Shown: piece by piece, positions 1-13,344 of the stretch
Layout: the number at the start of each line of letters is the position of its first letter
How positions within the stretch are numbered: position 1 is the stretch's first letter
NCBI GenBank assembly: GCA_973895155.1
Contig: OZ316895.1
Span: 19,084,508 to 19,148,507 of the forward strand
Reading direction: 5' to 3'
Source: Marsupella aquatica
Taxonomy: Eukaryota > Plantae > Marchantiophyta
DNA length: 64,000 nucleotides
Program-made: the position numbers and the translations under genes
Notes under the pieces: model-generated
The model's input: the letters and a program-made list of their open reading frames with translations, nothing else
What the model was told of the DNA's origin: nothing
Databases searched by the model: none

Positions 1-69
1 AGCGTACGGTAAAATAGATGGGGCAGTCGTATGCGTACCTTGTATACGGTTAAGGTTAGTCTGACCGTA

Positions 70-377
70 CCTCTTTTGCTTCTTCCGTATAGAATATCGT
101 GGACCTAGAAAGAGCAAAATAATGGGGACGGTTCCTCATAAAAAGAGATTCTGCTACCGGCAGGGGCCGGTTGTCCGTCGATCGTTCTGACTGACGCACT
201 GATGCGTCCTTTCGACTCTTGTTGGCTCCACTTCCCTGAGGAAGATTCCGGCCAACGTTTGCCGTACTTAGGTCCCGGTCGTCCGTGTTGTACGTCTAGG
301 GATATGTCCCGGACGTCTGTCGGCAGCGGGCGAGAAAGCGCCAAATCGATTCCTGTAGGGAGCTCGGAGTCCATCAT
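70..377 (-). pseudogene. Probable first exon of a diverged DNA primase large subunit (PRIM2) paralogue, with an in-frame TAG; any further exons lie beyond the left edge
   Basis: Translation DGQPAPAGSRISFYEEPSPLFCSF*VHDILYGRSKR-G|gtacgg matches exon 1 of the PRIM2 gene at 25189 ([36 protein letters not shown]|gtatgt). Both have 22 codons from SFY to a phase-1 GT donor. Confidence 0.5.
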
Positions 378-3141
378 CTGTAAGGATCAACGGTCGTCCA
401 TAGGCGAGCTTTGCAGAGTAGGAGTTTAATCAATCCAATGTCTGCGGTCGCTTTTAAATAAATTGGATAGAGACCGGGCTAAATAGGGTTTACAGCAACA
501 ACTAGAATTAGAAAATTTGCTAAGAGACTATCAATAAACAATGACAAAGGAAAATTTACGAAGTGAGTTTTTAAAAGCTTACTGCACAAGGGACATTATA
601 TTGAATAAAATTGAGTTGTTTAAATTTAGGGGAAAAGGGAAGTTTTTCAAAGCAGAAAAACTTGCATTCACCCAAAGAGCTGGCCCCTAATGCCAACTTC
701 AAGTGATTTGATTGCAAGGTTTATTTAAGACATAAAAATCTATAATAGACCCTTCGCCACTATATAGTCTTGCTTTGTGTTTTTGCTACCAGTCATTTTA
801 AGGAACAATGTTTGCGAGTTGGATCCACTGGGTTATGACTTTTTGTAATTCATAGGACAGCCTCGACACTGTTTTATTCTTTTGTCATTCATGACTTTTG
901 TGACTTTAGTTTAAACCACCGCTGGTCACATCTAAGGGGAATTGTCCAAAGGTTCCCTCTTTTTTCTACATTCCACTCCTTCACTTCCTCTACCGTGCCA
1001 GTTTCCAGCAAGTCAGGAAAGAAAATACCATTAATGGGAAACTCCCAGGTTTGTTAATGGACAATGGCAATTTATGCAAACCAAAGGCCCTGGCGCCTCA
1101 TTCTACAGCGACAAACTAATTGAAATAACCGTGGTGCCAACCAAGCTCAAACTCGATAAGTACTTGTCATATTCCTCAATTAGACTTCCAATGCGATCTT
1201 CAATTCCATTTCCATTTCCATTTCGTTCGAAAAAGCCAAACAAAAGCTTGTCGCAGTAGGTCGCATGTAACGACTGTAGACAAGGAGGCAGACTACCGTA
1301 GTGACTAGTGAGAATGTTGTTGGGGCATTCGCGCCGGTAGACGAGAGGCAGTCGTTGAGTGCTGTCCGCTGGTATGTAGCGCAGCCAGGCGACGGTGCGC
1401 GGGAGAAGCACCGTACAGCACGTCATGTGAGACCTTGGTCCTTAGTACGCCAACCACAGTCGATCTACAAGATCGACGATTCGAAGGAGGTATATCTCTT
1501 TCGCAATGCAGCAGGCAAATGAAAGAGTAATGTACCGTCCACAATGGACTCCTGCCTGCCGCGAGTACCGTCACTGATGTTGAAAAATCCCTGAAACGGC
1601 CTGAGGATGCCGGGAACGGAACAGCGTAGGGGCAGCATGCCAGGTGGTCAATGAGGAAAGAGCCGAATAAATCGTACTGTGACTTACGACAGGTCGCGGC
1701 CCGGTCCGGTGCGGTCCGCGTGCTTACTCTGAAGATCTTCAGTCGCTCCTCTCGTACTGCACTCGACCGGGAATTGCGTTATTCTGACCGACAACCGTTT
1801 CCCTCAGCACGGTAAAATTTGGACGGGAAGCAACTTCAAGCAAAGCCACCAACCCGTGGCTGCCCGGCATCTGTACGGGATTGAGAGTGGAGAGACCTTT
1901 ACATAAATATTCCATCCGAGTTCTGCGCTTTTACTTATTACCTTTAGCGCACCCTTGAGTTTATGTGTTAGCTCGAATGACCCAGACCAATAGAATGTGG
2001 TCTATATGTGGCTAGCCTTTATTCAATAAATTTGATTGGGGAATATTTTCCAGTAAAAAATGCTTTATTTATTATTATTGCTTAGTTGATCGATTGATAT
2101 AAATATATATAAATAAAATATATTAGGCGATAAGCGCCCGTCCGGGAAACGATGATCCTCCTCATTATGTAGCGGAGGGCAACTGCCCGCTTCTCCGTTT
2201 CCCGGCCTGCCCTGCCCGTGCCTTGCCTACCTAGCGAAGCGTAGCTCAAGCACGGACCCAGCGAGAGGAATGCCCATATAAGGTTCACAAACGAGATCGA
2301 GCGGTCGACAACGTCCGCCACCACACCCACTCGCCGCGCCTCGCCTCGCCTCGCCTCGGCTCGCCTCATCTGCTCGCTACTCTTTCCTCCCTCGCTCTCT
2401 CGAGTCTCTTCTACATACTCTAGATCGCAGTCCGCTCTCTCGTCCGTCGGCTTCGCGCAGCTTGTAGGGAGCGCTTCATGTGTGTTTACGGATAGACAGA
2501 CGCACGGTGCACAGGCAGAGGCATTTGAAGACGAAGAGAGACGCCATTCATGTGAGAGCGGGAAGGAGGTTAAGACAAGTTGAGCGAGATCGTTCGGCTC
2601 GCGTGTGTACGTTGGACTAGCATGTCGAAGTAGTGTAGAGCGACGTCGCGTTGTCGATGTTTCGCTTTTCATGACGATGATGGTGATAGTGGGAGGCGGA
2701 GGAGCTGGCTGGGGTGTTTTCGGCTTAACAGGAGTAGCGCTTTAGTGGGAGGTTTGGTTACTTCGTCATCATCCCAGTGACAGGAAGGAGGAGACGGCGG
2801 CGGCCTAGTAGTCCCCTGTTCTCGTCTTCTCTCTCGTGTAGCAAGAGGGAACGGCCACTGGACCTGGAGATTTGGGCGTATTTAGATTTGTTTTCATTTA
2901 CTCGGGAGTCCTCCGTCATCCGTTGTGAGTCTCTGTAAGGTGAAGGACCTTTCCATTTGGGGCCGAGGTTCCAGGGGTCGGTTAGTAGTTCGGCAGGAGT
3001 CGATAACTTAGGTGCGTCCGCAGCCCGACGAAGGTTTGAGGGAGAGGTGGGCAAGGATTTGAGGGGTTGCAGGAGTGGATCATGAGGCGGTGAATTTGTT
3101 TCAGATCCATTTGTGAGCCAGGGAGGTAAAAACAGGTTACA

Positions 3142-6100
3142 ATGTCATCGTTGAGTAGGGAGCTCGTGTTCCTCATTTTGCAGTTTCTCGATGAGGAAAA
3201 ATTTAAGGAGACCGTCCACAAGTGAGTTTCTTTCTATGAACATATTCCGGAACTTCTCGCCTTTAATGTTTGGACACATAGCGGACTTACCTATGATGCC
3301 TAACGACCTCGATGCGTTTTCCAGGTTGGAGCAAGAGTCGGGCTTCTTCTTCAACATGAAGTACTTCGAGGACCAGGTCCAAGGTGGGGAATGGGAAGAG
3401 GTGGAACGCTACTTGTCTGGCTTCACCAAAGTAGACGATAACCGCTACTCGATGAAGATCTTTTTCGAGATCCGAAAGCAGAAGTATTTGGAAGCTTTGG
3501 ACAAGTGAGTGCGGCAAACCAGTAGGTTATGTGGTTGTCTCTATTCGCCGGGTAGCAGGTTAAGAGTTATCTTGGCTCTGGCGTCTCCAAGTCCGTCTCT
3601 GTCCTGGGGACTTCTCTCGGCTAGCAGCAAGCGCAATGCCTTACTTACGCTATTTGTCGTCGCACATTGTGACTGTCCAGGCAAGATCGTGCGAAAGCCG
3701 TAGACATTCTGGTGAAGGACTTGAAAGTGTTTTCATCTTTCAACGAAGAACTCTACAAGGAGATCACGCAGCTTTTGACTCTAGATAACTTCCGGTAAGC
3801 GGACGATTATCCTAGGCAATCCTGACACCATAACGTCGTAATGCACTTGGAAGTATGTCGATGGGTGTTGTGCAAGCCGCAAATGTGTTGGTTGTTCTAT
3901 TCGATATGATGTGGGTGCGCACACTGCTGCCCGTCCTTATGGCGTACGTTTGGTCTGCAGAGAGAATGAGCAGTTATCGAAGTATGGGGACACCAAGTCG
4001 GCAAGAAACATTATGCTGATAGAGCTGAAGAAGCTGATAGAAGCCAATCCTTTGTTCCGAGACAAGCTGACGTTCCCCGCCCTTAAAGCTTCACGTCTGA
4101 GAACACTCATCAATCAAAGGTATGTCCATGCTGTGCCCGATCCTACGGTTCCTATTGTGCTACTGCCCACCACAATTGGGTCACGGGGTTCCTTCGCTCC
4201 ACTGTTCTTTTCGAATGACTGGTAGACCGGTCTTGCAGCACCGGCTTTTATCTTACGCTCTCGCCTTTTTGCTGTCGTCTAGGTGAGAAGCTGCAGCGGG
4301 ATAGTCTTCTGATAGTTGGTGGCGGTGGCTGATGGTGTCACCTTCTCTTTCGTGCTTCTGTGTATTTGATTCTTGACATGGACTGCATTCCTGAGTATTC
4401 ATTTTTCTTGCTAGTCAGTGGTCATTTGTCCCACGTCTGCTCGTAGCGCTTCAAACGTTGGGCGTTCATCTACTGCGAACGCCTAATGTTTCGAGTGCTA
4501 TAAGGAGACCTGGGTGCAATGACCACTGACTAGCAAGAACACCGTATTTTTGGACTAAGTGTTTGGTGAATTTGTACCTTGTAAGTGGTTGACTAGTTCG
4601 TGGCTCACGCCGTTAAGTTGGCCTTTTCCAGTTTGAATTGGCAGCACCAGCTTTGCAAAAACCCCCGTCCAAACCCGGACATCAAGACTCTTTTCATTGA
4701 TCACACTTGCGGCCCCCCGAACGGAGCCCGAGCACCACCGCCGGCCAACAACCCTCTAGTCGGGGCACTTCCGAAGAGTGGAGCCTTCCCTCCTCTTGGC
4801 CACAGTGTATGTTTCCTGCCTCCCGTGCTTCCTGTCTTCTGTTTAGTTGCTAACCCCGTGAAGGTCTGTATTCATTCCGTATTCTCTGTGACTCCCTCTT
4901 CAAATGCATTGGAAGTCCTATTCCTAGTTTACCGTGCCTGCCGTTGCTGTCCTCCGAGCTTGATCAGAGCTTGTGCTGATTATGATTCCAGACCGTGCAA
5001 TTGCAGCCATTTCAGGCAACCCCAGCGCCGTCGGCTAGTGCTCTTGCGGGTTGGATGGCGAATCCGAATGCTCCCACCCCTCATGCTGCTGTGGCCGCGG
5101 GGCCCGCATCGCTGACGCCTCCTCCCAACAACCCAGGTTAGTCTTATCGTCATTGTTTTTCTCTACGAACATATAGCATTGTTTTGTGGTGTCAGTGTGA
5201 TTGCAGAGCTCAATCTTGATCATTTCCGCCTCATTCCGTCTTGTAACGTAAGGAGAGTTTCCGCTAGGTCATGTCTCTAAAATATAGAGGGATCCTATTC
5301 GGGCGGCTCGAGTCTCCAAGTTCTCAACAAGAATTTTGCTGGTCGACAGGTTGATTCCCCTTTTTTGGTGTCAATGTTAGCTGACCGATCTCTTGTCCGT
5401 CGGTTTTTACAGCTTTGTTGAAAAGGCCGCGAACTCCGCCCACAAACACGCCAACAGTGGATTACCAGTCGGCAGATTCGGAACATTTAATGAAGCGGCC
5501 GAGGCCAGCAGGGCAGGCTGTGGAGGATGTAAAGATGGTAAGGCCAGAAGTTGGATGGTGGTCTTTTAAAAAACTTTTCCATAGTATTACTCCCAGAGAA
5601 AAGGAGCCCGTTTGAGCTCTTTTAGAGTATGGATTCTGCTCCTGTTCTTTCAAACTTTTGCTCAGCTGGTTTCTCTCTGCTCGAATATTGCTTCTGATTT
5701 GCACAATTGGGGCACTGTGCAGCAAGTTTACAATGTCGGTGGTGGTGGCGGTGGTGGTCCAAGTCACCCTCCAAACAACTACACTCCAGATGATCTTCCG
5801 AAAACTGTCGCCCGAACTCTTAACCAGGGGTCATGCGTCATGAGCATGGACTTCCATCCCGTGCAGCAGACGATATTGCTAGGTAAGCGACTCCCAAATG
5901 ATTTCTCTATCCGTACCAAGACTTCTTCTTTGGGTTTGTGGGATGTGCATTGAGTTGGGAAATAGTGATTGATGTCGAGATGTCTTGTCTCAGTTGGCAC
6001 CAACGTCGGAGATATCGGTATTTGGGAAGTAGGCTCCCGAGAAAGATTGGCTCAGAGGACTTTCAAAGTATGGGACATTACAGGTTGTTCCATGCCCATG

Positions 6101-9100
6101 CAGGTACGTGCACTTAATGTGGAAACAGAGTTTATACCATCGATGTTACATACTCTTCCTGCTCTTCGTCCTCATGTCTTTTTGATTTTGCCAGAGTCTC
6201 ATGTTTTAGAAGGTATATAGACTCACATTGCTGAATCTGTTCTTCCCGTCTCACAAATGTGAAAAATATTCTCGTTGGACAGGCTGCCATTGTCAAGGAC
6301 CCAGCCGTTTCAGTGAATCGTACAGTATGGAGTCCCGATGGAAACTTGCTAGGTGAGAACTTTGGCAGCTGCCAACGTCTATTTTTGGAATGATCTGTAA
6401 TTTGCTGCCTGTTGGCTATCTCTCATCGCCAGCACCCCTGTCGTGATCAGGTGTTGCCTTCTCCAAATACATTGTTCACATTTATTCCTACAACGGTGGC
6501 AGTGACTTGAGACAACATTTGGAGGTACTTTTTCTATTCTCCTCGATTGTCATGACGGCCATGAAGATAGTTTCCATTGCAAAATATGAACAGGTCTACT
6601 TGACACGTTTGGCTGCCCCTTCATCTGTGGATATGCTGCCAGTGGGAATCACGGTGCTTCACAGCTCTGATCACATTGCTGGAGAGACTGATGCTCATGT
6701 TGGCAGAGTGAACGGTCAAATTCATAATTTTTTCCGTTCTGTTAAATCCCGTGTTTGTCTGATTGTTGTCGATCACTTCATGGCAGATTGATGCACATGT
6801 TGGCGGAGTGAACGATCTTGCATTTTCTCATCCCAATAAGCAACTTTGTGTTATCACTTGTGGGGATGACAAGACCATCAAGGTATGATAAAGAAGTTGG
6901 TCAGGTATGATGAATGGGTATTTAATCTAAGACTGGATCTCCCAGATGCTTCGAAGTTGCTGCTACTACTGGCTACAATGATTTTCAGGTTTGTCGATAA
7001 TTGGATGGCTTGAATTTTTTGTTTCGGTGCAACACTGAGCAGGAAGGTGTCGCGCAGGTATGGGATGCACTGACTGGGAGAAAACAGTATACTTTTGAAG
7101 GACACGAAGCACCCGTGTATTCTGTTTGTCCTCACCACAAAGAGAGCATTCAGGTATGTTTTTTGGATGTGGGCGTTTAGAATACCTTTCGGCTTAAGTT
7201 GGCACAAGTATGATAAGCGACTTATTTTGTATATTGCTCTTTGACATTTCACTTATGCTACATGGATGATTGTCGTTTCAGGAAGTTTACATGCAATAGG
7301 CAATGCATCTTATTGTACTTTTAAATCCTCACCCCGAATGTCGTTATTCTGATCCAATTTATGTCTTGTTTTGTGGCAGTTCATCTTTTCGACTGCCATT
7401 GATGGAAAGATAAAAGCTTGGTTATATGATCTTCTGGGGTCTAGGGTAGATTATGATGCTCCTGGTCACTGGTGCACGACAATGGCCTACAGTGCTGATG
7501 GGACAAGGTTGGTTCCTCGGGTAGTGTGTAGAACATGTTGTTACTAATGCTGTACATAAAATTCCACGCTCTGGAAGTCTAGAGAACATTGACTTGCAGA
7601 ACAGTTCCTCCAGAGCATTGCGTCTGGTAACTGCACAGATAATTTCTCAACCTCGGTACGTTTGTTTCAGATTGTTTTCCTGTGGGACAAGCAAGGAAGG
7701 AGAATCATATTTGGTTGAATGGAATGAAAGTGAAGGAGCAATCAAGCGTACCTATTCTGGATTTCGCAAACGTTCACTGGGTGTCGTGCAGTTCGACACA
7801 ACTAGGAACCGATTCCTGGCAGCTGGGGATGAATTTCTCATTAAATTTTGGGATATGGACATCACAAATCTTCTCACTACTATTGAGGCTGATGGCGGAC
7901 TACCAGTAAGTATTACTGCATTATTTGTAACAACAGTCGGTGGTGGAGTGGATTTGTGGGAAATTGCTCTCTTCCTTTTCAATGATAAGGATCTCTACTT
8001 CCTGGATGTACAGGAATACTAGGTTTGCTCACAATGTTAGTTTTTAGTCTAACATGAACGTTTGGGGCTCTTATCCTCAGTTTGGTATTTTGGTATCTTG
8101 TTTTTCAGGCAAGCCCACGACTTCGGTTCAACAAAGAAGGATCTCTACTAGCTGTGACATCAGCAGACAACGGGATCAAGATTCTAGCCAATGCTGAGGG
8201 AAAGCATCTTCTTCGAGCTTTCGAAAGCAGAGCATTTGAAAATCAGAGAGGACCTCCAGAACCGGCTGTCTCTAAGGTTGGTCGCATTTCTGATGAGTAT
8301 TTCGTGTGTAACTTTTTGTTTATAGATACACCCCCCCTTCTAGAGTTCCGGCGTTATCCTTATCAGGTAGTGGTTAAGAAATTTATTGATGGATTTTGCG
8401 CTCTTCAAGGGTTTACTTCAGCATAACAAAGCTACATCCGGAAATGTTTGTTATTCTGCTCCCCCTTCTAGAGTTCCGGCGTTATCCTTATCAGGTAGTG
8501 GTTAAGAAATTTATTGATGGATTTTGCGCTCTTCAAGGGTTTACTTCAGCATAACAAAGCTACATCAGGAAATGTTTGTTATTCTGCTGAAATTGCTCTT
8601 TAATTTTCAGGCACCTGGAGTCAACCCTATGGCTGCTGCTAGTGCAGCTAGTGGGCCTCCTGCTGGAGGACCTGATCGCCCGGACAGAAGTACTGCCACT
8701 GTCTCCATGGCAGGTCCTGTCATGGATGGTCCTAGCTTGATTGTTGGCCAAAATCGACCTCGTGACAGGGGTGGAAACGATCATGTACGAAAACCTGACG
8801 ACCAGCATTAGTTAATGTTAGTTAGTGTATCCTTTTTGGTTGCGCGATGGGATAAGACAAATCATCTGGATGTGCTCTTGAGGCTTTTTACCTCTCACAA
8901 GCTTGTGCATCTTTTTGTACTTGAAAGTAAAGCATTCAGTAGGAGCTTCTGAAGAAGAAGGGGCACGACGTACTTGATTTACGGAGGTCATCCCTGACTG
9001 TAAGACGGATGAGGCATAAAAGTACCTGGTTCCCAGAGTTGCCTTTTGGATGCGTGTATCGCTGAATGTGTTGCGGCGTCACATCTGTTTGTGCAGACTG

Positions 9101-11391
9101 GAATCGACAACAATCGACCACAGCAGGAACAGAAGCCCAGGGTTCAAGAAGATCTAACTGAGAGAGGCAAAAGCTGGAAATTAACTGAGATCGCTGATCC
9201 AAGTCAGTGTAGGTCTACAAGGCTACCTGACACACTACCTGCGAGCAAGGTGCGAATATTGTCACCGGAACTACTCATTCTTGAATCAGTTACGAAATCC
9301 ATTCGAATATCTTCAAATTTTGTAGCCGCAAATCCCTCCAGTTGCTGTATTGGTGAACCAACTGTGTCTGTGTACACTGCAGATCTCAAGATTGATCTAC
9401 ACCAACTCTGGAGTTGCCCTGTTGGCTCTGTGCTCGAGTGCTGTGCACAAACTATGGAAGTGGTCCCGCAATGAGCGGAATCTTACTGGCAAGGTAAGAC
9501 TTAACTCTAGAGTGAATGATATGATGAGGGCGCCTTTTGTTTTACATGCCTCCACGCAGCAATGACTTGTTAGATCAGAAAACTGACGATCATCTTGGTT
9601 GCAGGCTACTGCTACATTTCCCCCGCAATTGTGGCAACCTGCAAGCGGGATACTGATGACCAACGACATCGATAATACAAACACTAATCCTGAAGAGGCT
9701 GTCCCATGCATTGCATTATCGAAAAATGATTCCTATGTGATGTCAGCCTCAGGTGGAAAGGTGTCATTATTCAATATGATGACTTTCAAGGTATGAGTTC
9801 GCTGATGTCTAGGAAAGTATGTGTGGTGGTTGACGCCAGTCTTTGCAATCGTTGTGAGCAGTGTCTTGTATTCAAGGTAAGGACACTCTTTTTTTCAAAC
9901 TTTGTGACTAATCTTTGTTCTTTAGAAACCGTAAGGAATCCACTTAGGAGTTGACTTGACTATCGAAATCTCTTGGAGTCCAGGTTATGACGACGTTTAT
10001 GCCGCCACCTCCGGCAGCAACATTTCTGGCGTTCCATCCACAAGATAATAACATTATTGCCATTGGAATGGAAGACTCCACAATCCAAATTTATAATGTG
10101 AGAGTGGATGAGGTAAATAAGCAGAATGCTGTAAATGTCCTGGAACGAGGTATTTGCGTGTTGTCCCGATGTGATCGTTAGACGAAAAGAGGGCTGCTGC
10201 TATCAGTTAATGGGTGGGGTTCCTTCTCTAGAATTCACTTTTTTTTTGCATAATGGTCCGAGTTGCACGCAGTCTTTCAAGTCGCAACTCGGAGTGCAGG
10301 CAGTGTTGAATGGTAGTTTGAATTAAATGCCCTCCTCACCTGCAGGTCAAAAGTAAACTGAAAGGACATCAAAAGAGGATTACGGGATTAGCTTTCTCGA
10401 ATGCCTTAAATGTGCTGGTTTCTTCGGGTGCAGATGCACAGGTACATTTCAATTAACCCTGCACTTCATTTTGTAATGTCCTTTAACCTAACCTAATGTT
10501 TGTAGGAAGACTCGATAGTTTCCCGTGGGGGATGTTCCACGTAAATTTATCTCCACTTTTCTCCTGCAGCTTTGTGTTTGGGGAACAGATGGATGGGAGA
10601 AACGAAAGACAAAATTCATTCAAACCCAGCCAGGGCGGGCCCCACCGCCTATGGGTGATACTAGAGTGCAGTTCCATAACGACCAGATCCGTTTACTCGT
10701 TGTACACGAGACTCAGCTTGCTATTTATGATGCAGCAAAGCTTGAGAGAATGCGGCATGTAAGTTCTTATCCCCGAGTCACTCTCTGGCCTGCTTTGAAT
10801 CACAGATCAGTCTTGTTTAGTGTCCGGACAGTTACATTTCGAGAGTGTACATTGCCTTGATTTGTTTATCGTACGTTGTCTTACATATGACCGTGTGCTT
10901 TTGGCTGTGATAGTGGGTACCACGAGATGCCTTCTCTGCATCGATCTCCAACGCAACCTATTCTTGCGACAGCCTGTTGGTGTATGCTGGTTTTGTAGAT
11001 GGTTCAATTGGTGTTTTTGATGCAGACAGTCTGCGACCTCGCTGTCGACTGGCAGCATCAGTTCACATTCCTCCCGGCATTAGTGGCGGGTATGGGATGA
11101 CACCCTCTGTTCAATGTTGTGCCTTTTTGCATTTGACATTTGGAGATAATGTCTTTAACCTGTCCTTTTCTAATGCTGTGCAGTGCAACGGCCTATCCGC
11201 TAGTGATTGCGGCGCACCCCTCCGAACCAAATCAGTTTGCATTGGGATTAAGCGATGGAGGTGTGCAAGTCATAGAGCCGTTAGAATCAGAAGGAAAATG
11301 GGGTGTTGGGCCACCGTCAGATAATGGGGGACAATCTGGTGCAACTGGACAAACATCAGGCAACCAGGGATCTGACCAAGCACCAAGATGA
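3142..11391 (+). CDS. TPL: TOPLESS/TOPLESS-RELATED transcriptional corepressor (LisH-CTLH-CRA plus two WD40 propellers), multi-exon
   Basis: ATG at 3142 begins MSSLSRELVFLILQFLDEEKFKETVH (exon 3142-3221). Exon 2 (3325-3504) reads LEQESGFFFNMKYFE...KYLEALD. Later exons give LNWQHQLCKNPRPNPDIKTLF, MSMDFHPVQQTILL, VEWNESEGAIKRTYSGFRKRS, SASGGKVSLFNMMTFK, MTTFMPPPPAATFLAFHPQDNNIIAIGMEDS and AHPSEPNQFALGLSDGGV...QAPR*, with stop ending at 11391. Intron boundaries checked were GT-AG. Confidence 0.97.
8333..8588. repeat. 128-bp tandem duplication inside a TPL intron
   Basis: 8333-8460 and 8461-8588 are identical apart from one visible substitution (tacatccgg vs tacatcagg). Confidence 0.95.
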
Positions 11392-12975
11392 CTTGGCTAG
11401 ATAGCAAAGAATGCTTAGGTTTTTTAGGGTAAGAAGGCGGGGGACAAGAGTATGATGGACCAGAGTAATGATGTATGTTTGTGTGTATCTTTGAGTATTG
11501 CACACATCCATGATTGTAGGGAGATGAGTCTCCTGAGTTCATTTTTGTGAGCACCTTCTATAGGGAATCTAGGTGTCCATGGTGGCTTTTGCTTTGCCGT
11601 CAGGGTGTAGAGTTAAGAGTTGGGAGGCAAATGAGGTGCATCTGTACAGAAATCCTGCTATACCCGTCTATTTCTGGAGAACCGTACCGTCGTTGGCAGG
11701 CTCAGCAGCTGGATCTTCAGAGAAACGAAGGGGGCATTGCTCTTTAGGAAATGGGATGTTCTCCCTTTTAAGGGGAAATCACCCGCGGCTGTTTGAAAGC
11801 CAGTGTATACAAGCCTCATCTAATTGAATAGCTTCTTCAATTAAATCTCAAAAAGTGAAATTTGTTGCGCAACCGAGTTCATCGAGATTAGAATGGTGAA
11901 GGTAATGGTGGAGCACAATATTGTTGTTTGCTGCAATTATGTTATCCGTTGTGTTATTGGGGCAATGCAGTTAGTCAAGATCCCTGTGTCTCCCAGATGT
12001 GTAGAGTAGCGCTTGTTATGTTGCTAATTGTCTTCCAACCGTTGGTGAATGGTCTACCTGAGGGTACAGGTGGCATGGGCGCATAATGTGTGGCCTTACT
12101 ACGGAAAAGGTTCTGGACAGCTTCTTATGTACAGAATATTTCGGCAATCAGTTGCCGAAATTGTGTTTTGTACCGCCATAGGAAGCCGTTTCATACCAAT
12201 AGCACGTCGTAGTATAACTTCCTCGGCATTCCTGTCTTACTAGTACGACAGCACTTACAATTTCAGCAAACAAAGTGAACTTGCGCTTAGTTCCACTCGT
12301 TCAACTTTTTAACTGGAGAAGTACCTGTGGTAGGGAGGTGGAAGGTTGGACGTGCGAAATGAATGGTTGGAGCAAGGACAATTAGGAATGGATCAGAGTG
12401 CACAAAGATTGTACATCTGGAGAGTTCATGCCACTTTCACAGGTAATAGGTGCTAGTACTTTTTCTCCTTCGAACAACCCTGTAGAACAAAAAGTGTGAC
12501 TACAACATGTCGATGATTTCACAAAGGAAGACCCCAGAAGCAATCTAATCTGCATCTCGTATTACTTGTGCTTTTACTTGTGTTCGTGTTTTTTCTTCTT
12601 CACACCTCTTGATTGGGCCTTTTGCCTATGTTACCATGTCCCCTGGTTGGGAGTCTTTTTTGTTCTTACGGAGTTCTGTACGCACCTTTTTAGAGCAAAA
12701 AGTATGACTACTAATGGTATCTGTTTTTTTTCTGTTTTCTCTTGTAAGGAACACTTCCTTATGAAAAGTAAAGACACCAAATGCATTCAGCCACTTATGT
12801 AGTTTGATATGTACCTTTTTAGAGCAAGAAGTATGATTACTGCAGGTATCTGTTTTATATCTTCTTTCTTAAAAGTAACATTTTAAATGCTTCAACCCAC
12901 TAATGGGAATGTATTATAGCTCGGGGACATTAAATCTTTCTTGAAAATAACATTTTAAAGACTTCAACCCACTAA

Positions 12976-13343
12976 AGGGAGAGATATGCTTAGTAGACCC
13001 GAAAAAGTTTGCTTAATCAGGCCCCTTGATACTTTTCCCCAATTTGGACCCGTGATGACCTTTCAATCTCAGACTGGACCTTTAATAGACCTCAGGGGGG
13101 TCGATCAAGTAACAAGTTTCATTTTGGGGTCAATCAAGCAAATAACTCCACTAAAACCCAGGGAGAGATATGCTTAGTAGACTCCTTTTTGGAAAAAGTT
13201 TGCTTAATCAACCTCCTCATATTTTTCTCCAATCTAGACCATTGATGGACCTTTCGATCTCAGATCTCGACCGTTGATAGACTTCAAGGGTCGATCAAGT
13301 AACAAGTTTCATTTTGGGGTAGATCAAGCAATACCTTCACTAA
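12976..13343. mobile_element. Two tandem ~180-bp MITE-like elements (same family as 24538-24739)
   Basis: Both units start agggagagatatgcttagtagac and end ...tcaagtaacaagttt(t)cattttgggg...tcaagca...cactaaa. Each has imperfect inverted ends and resembles the 24538 element. Confidence 0.6.
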
Positions 13344-13344
13344 A

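Noticed and set aside
2082-3054. 196-aa and 98-aa minus-strand ORFs upstream of TPL
   Set aside because: They are antisense to the GC/CT-rich TPL 5' region, low in complexity and have no recognisable domain.
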